Part shown: in pieces, positions 59,901-64,000 of the stretch
Layout of the letters: the number at the start of each line of letters is the position of its first letter
How positions within the stretch are numbered: the first letter of the stretch is position 1
Source of the DNA: Neoechinorhynchus agilis
Taxonomy: Eukaryota; Animalia; Acanthocephala
DNA length: 64,000 nucleotides
Assembly (NCBI GenBank): GCA_051530055.1
Contig: CM121341.1
Span: 5,248,784-5,312,783, forward strand
Reading direction: 5' to 3'
Notes under the pieces: generated by a model
Database searches by the model: none
The model's input: only the letters and a program-made list of their open reading frames with translations
Told to the model about the DNA's origin: nothing
Made by a program: the position numbers and the translations under genes

Positions 59901-62900
59901 CTCGTTTGTGTCGACGAGAGTGTTCAATAGAGCTGAACACAGCAGAGAAGTTGTATCTAACGCTGAGCCAACAGGAGCTTGAGTCATTATATTGACACAC
60001 GATTCATAGGAACATAAGGCAAGAAGTGACTGAGCCGTCAATCGAGAATCTTCTTTAAGATATTTAACAAGTTGACTCATATGGTCACTTAGACAACTTG
60101 CATCGGGTTCATACCTACCACAAAGAACCAAAAGAGCTTTTAGTCGAATATCGACAGAAATATCAGATTCGTCAGTAGTAGGCAAGAGATTTACGAACAG
60201 CTCTTGGTCAACTGAATCAGTAGCTTCATCGGGTTGCTCGATGTAGTGTTTCAAATAGACACCGACTAAAGAAGGTTCGTTTTCATGAAGGGAATAATGA
60301 AAATCGTTTGAGAGTATATTGAACGCAACTGCTTGTTCTTCGTCAGTGTTAGTTTTAAAAACTTCAAATGGACCTTTGGACTGGTCTAAAAGATTAGCCA
60401 GTTCTCTTCTGCAGCTATTATCCCAGAGTAACATTGGACCATAGGTATTTGAGTGGAAAAGCCTTAAGAATTCTATTATTCGATCTTCATTTCCGGATGA
60501 AGTCATACGTGCCATATGTTCAGGCAAACACCCAGAAACCCATCTTAAAAATCGTCCAAGAACATTACCAGCCAATATTGCTAATCGATTGAGAGCACGT
60601 TGTTTTCCACTTACAACACCAATAGTGGGATCCTCGTCATCATGTGGCTGGCTCGCGTCCATAGTTGAATCATAATTGAAGAAAGTCCGAAGCAACTGTA
60701 ATGGAAGACCAGATCTTACAAATTCGTGTATCAAAAGTTGGTTCACTTGATCAGGTATACGTTTCTGAGAAATCTCAACGGGACCGCTTAAGGCATCACA
60801 AGCTTCGAGGGTATGTGTAGCTAAGACGGTTATATGAGAATCTATTGCCAATCGAAGTGTATGGCATAATTCATTGGGAAGTGTGAGGATATCTTGGTCA
60901 TCGCCGTTTGGAATATCATTTCGGCACCTTTGAAACCGACCGGCAACAGTCCAAAACCTAGCCACATTCACACAAGTGAGTACGTTCGTATCCGTTTCAT
61001 TGGGGTTCGTTCCAAGCATGTTCACAGCTTTCGTATAGCATTCTTTGAGAAGTGAAATCCCACGTTCAGTTGATCGAAACGACTCTGCGTTCAATGCACT
61101 ACAACTAACGGTCGCAACACACAGATCAAGAGCTGCTGGAATGACGGAGTCGGTGTCACCGTCGTTTATATCCATTAAATTGCCTTCGTCTTCTTTAAAT
61201 CGTTCAATTGTTTCAATCAAAGGTCCATATCCCGCGTAACAAAATGGCTGCATAATACGACTAAACCTTCCGTAAACATACGATTGAGCTTCCATCAAAA
61301 GAATGATGAATCGTTTGTTTGGACCACCGATTATTGATCCATTTCCGTCTTTGTATTGCACGAGGAAATCATATGCTTTGTTTACCTGTTCAAATTTATC
61401 GCGGCCGGCTGGATTTTTATCCGGATGATACTTTTGAGCGAGTCGGAAGTAGGCACGACGAATGTGACTAAGATCATTCGATACTTCACCTTCTTCGTCC
61501 AGCTCAAGGATCTTACAAGCTTCATTTGTAGACAAGGTGGATCCTTGCATAGCCAATTCCTCCTTCCAACGTTTAAGGCAATCTTTAAGAAGCTGAACAG
61601 GATCTGATATGGGCCATTCCGGATTTCTACACAATTCCTTGAGATAGAACTGATGACAAAATAGTTCGTCTTTCAGAGGTGGAGGATACTCGATTCGAGG
61701 AAGTGGGCAATATTGATATGGAGCGTAAATATTGCTTTTTAAACGTGGACTATAGTCGTAGAGATGTAAAGCGATTTTGGAAATTAAGTGTCGTCTTAGA
61801 CTCGCATCCCAGATTATTTCTGGAGTTCGGCATTCACTCAAGAAAGCTTCTGAGAATTTTTCAGGTCCGTAGTTTTCTAGATAATAAATCATTGCATCCG
61901 GTAGAAGAGGGGCTAGAATGCTTCTACTTGTCAGTTCACCCGAAGCATCGGGTAATCTAAATGCTTGTCGTAGATGGGTTGCATGAAGGAATGTTGCAAT
62001 CGGACGTAGATTTGAGCCTTGATACATGAGAAAAAAGAAGAATATTCCGGTGGCATAAAGACGTGATACGCATGGATTATCTCGGATTATCAAGCTTAGT
62101 AGGACAGCTACTTTCTCGACAATAATGGGATCAAACGTTAGTGCAAGTTGTGATAGTGTTGTAAGCGGGATTGGTTCACTTAAGATGGTCATTACACGTG
62201 GAAGAGGGCGAACGACTGCTCCATTTTTACGACTTGGAAAGTATTTGCAGATACGGATTAAGGCCGATAGGATTGTGATCGCTAAATCGGTTTCAGTCTT
62301 AAAATGAACCGACTCATCAACAAGAGCCATCCAGTAAAATTGAGATACTCGTTCGATTGGTCGCCAAGCTTCCATTCCTGGTGCCCATACTTGAGAATCG
62401 GGACTTAGAGAACAATTTTCCTTTAACATTTCAACTATTTTCTGACCACTAAAAGGACCGGATCGTATACCTTTATCTTGAACATACCATTCAGCATAAT
62501 CGGAAATACCTTCCGTACATGGAGCAGCTTCAATCATTGCACTTTGAAGAATTGGTGCTGCAAATGTTGCCCGATTCGTATGAAGATGGCACAATGGCAT
62601 AAGATTGATCAAAACGTTTAATCCACGATTACAAATAAAATCGGAAGCACTTTGTTTGTGAAGTGTTAATGCAAAGCAAAAATCTATTAGGTGATCACGT
62701 TCAATCCGATCAGCATTAGCACCCTTATCAATCAAATTGACAATGAAAGCAACGTCCGAAAACCAACCGATATGTTCAAAACAACTCGTGTACACGATTC
62801 CTAAAGCACGAGCACACATTCGTCTCATTGAACTTTTTGGTTCACTCAAAAGAAACTTGTGATACAATTGATGGAAAAATTGAAACGGCTCAATAAAATC

Positions 62901-64000
62901 ATTAGTAAGCAAATCAGATGATTTATCGATTAGCAATCGTAGGTAATAACTACCAATTTTTACTTCATCTTGTAAGCAAACGTAAGTAATAAAGAACTCA
63001 TCACAATTCCAAGCGATTTCAATACCCGGTGGACATAATGAACGAGCTTGAACGAATCCATTATATTCCGCGGCTAGTCGGTCTCTTAACTCACGACGTG
63101 TCTTAAAGTCCCAAATTAAGTCAGGTTTTATTGCATGAGTTCTTATGACGAGGAACGGCCGAATTCTCAAAAAAAGAGACGAAAAAATAAGAATCTCATT
63201 AATAAAGTTCGTCTGTAATTATGGGCATGTGAATGAATTTCTAAGTCCAAATGGTAGAAAAGAGGATTTTGTTAGCCCCGATTGGTTCATATCGCAATGA
63301 AGAACTCATGATTTATGTGATCCTGATAGAATGAGTGAAAGAACATTTGCCAATTGAGTGTACAAGCATCTGCTGGTCTAGGTCGTTTCCTCCTCAACAC
63401 GATTAGACCGCTTCCAGAAGACCACGAAGCATTATCCGATTTAAGATTAATTCGAAGTTTCCAGTGATTAAGAGCTCGATTCACGTGTTTTTCGATGAAC
63501 AAAAGGCTCTTAAGTGCGGCCGATTCATTCTGTCGTCCTAGGACACTGACATTATCACGTTTCATTTGTTGAGCCGTTGCATCAGTACTTGACGAATTTT
63601 CAAGACAGCAACAATCTTCAACGAAATCCTTTGGATTATTCACTCGCTCATTCGAAGTTAAAGCTCTAAGAAGTCCTGCAGGAAATATTCTTTTAAGCAG
63701 GACATAGGTTTCGCCGATAACTCCATCAGTAGTCCACAGATCAAGCAATGATCGACTTAACTTTCTAACAAAGGTTCGATCGCCGCCAGCAGTTGAAGTC
63801 ACAGCCGCAGGGCCATAAAGAGCAGTTGATAGATGTGAGAGGATGGATCCTTCAGTAAGTGCAAGACCAATAAGTCGACTACGTGCCTCTCCTTTGCTTT
63901 CCTCGATTAATGCTCGTAATATAAGGGCAGCACCTTTCCTTACTGTAAGAGATGGATGATCGACGAGTTGATAGAAAAGATTAGATGCGCTATTCCTAGG
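56959..64000 (-). CDS. DNAJC13: RME-8/DNAJC13 (5' end off-window); introns ~63132-63316 and ~57364-58912
   Basis: HPSLTVRKGAALILRALIEE; LIWDFKTRREL; GYF-like WAPGMEAWRPI; J-domain YHPDKN; IWN repeats; C-terminal WADYKHQRHDLFI. Confidence 0.95.
57780..58620 (+). mobile_element. 5'-truncated CRE-like element with an intact RLE region, in the last RME-8 intron (antisense to the gene)
   Basis: GAWLEAVP..CTPHRCRCG..HGLVC..RHSEIN..RRPDGISVFPWREGKCLLWDAT..VQRGNA. Confidence 0.9.

Overview
Compact eukaryotic, most likely metazoan, genomic DNA. It is gene-dense with few, short introns. Recognisable genes: NCOA5/Neosin-like, Ubl-RPS27A, mRNA guanylyltransferase, ZW10, NOL9/Grc3, two LCAT/PLA2G15-family paralogs, a LIM-homeodomain gene, a GRIP-domain golgin, a CXC-like Cys-rich protein and RME-8/DNAJC13 (5' end off-window). 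Several orphan ORFs are also present. Between and inside genes lie many truncated RLE-type (CRE-like) non-LTR retrotransposons, a decayed APE-type LINE, foldback/MITE elements, six tandem-repeat arrays and a recent ~2.65 kb duplication. Two signals stand out. (1) Ordinary GT-AG introns coexist with introns whose ends base-pair into a hairpin and whose homology-predicted junctions lack GT and sometimes AG. The best cases are RME-8 and both introns of both lipase paralogs, where the stems covary. (2) A family of foldback elements carries back-to-back minimal hammerhead ribozyme motifs, and related satellites carry decayed versions. All gene models and splice junctions were inferred by eye from reading frame and remembered homology. 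No searches were run.
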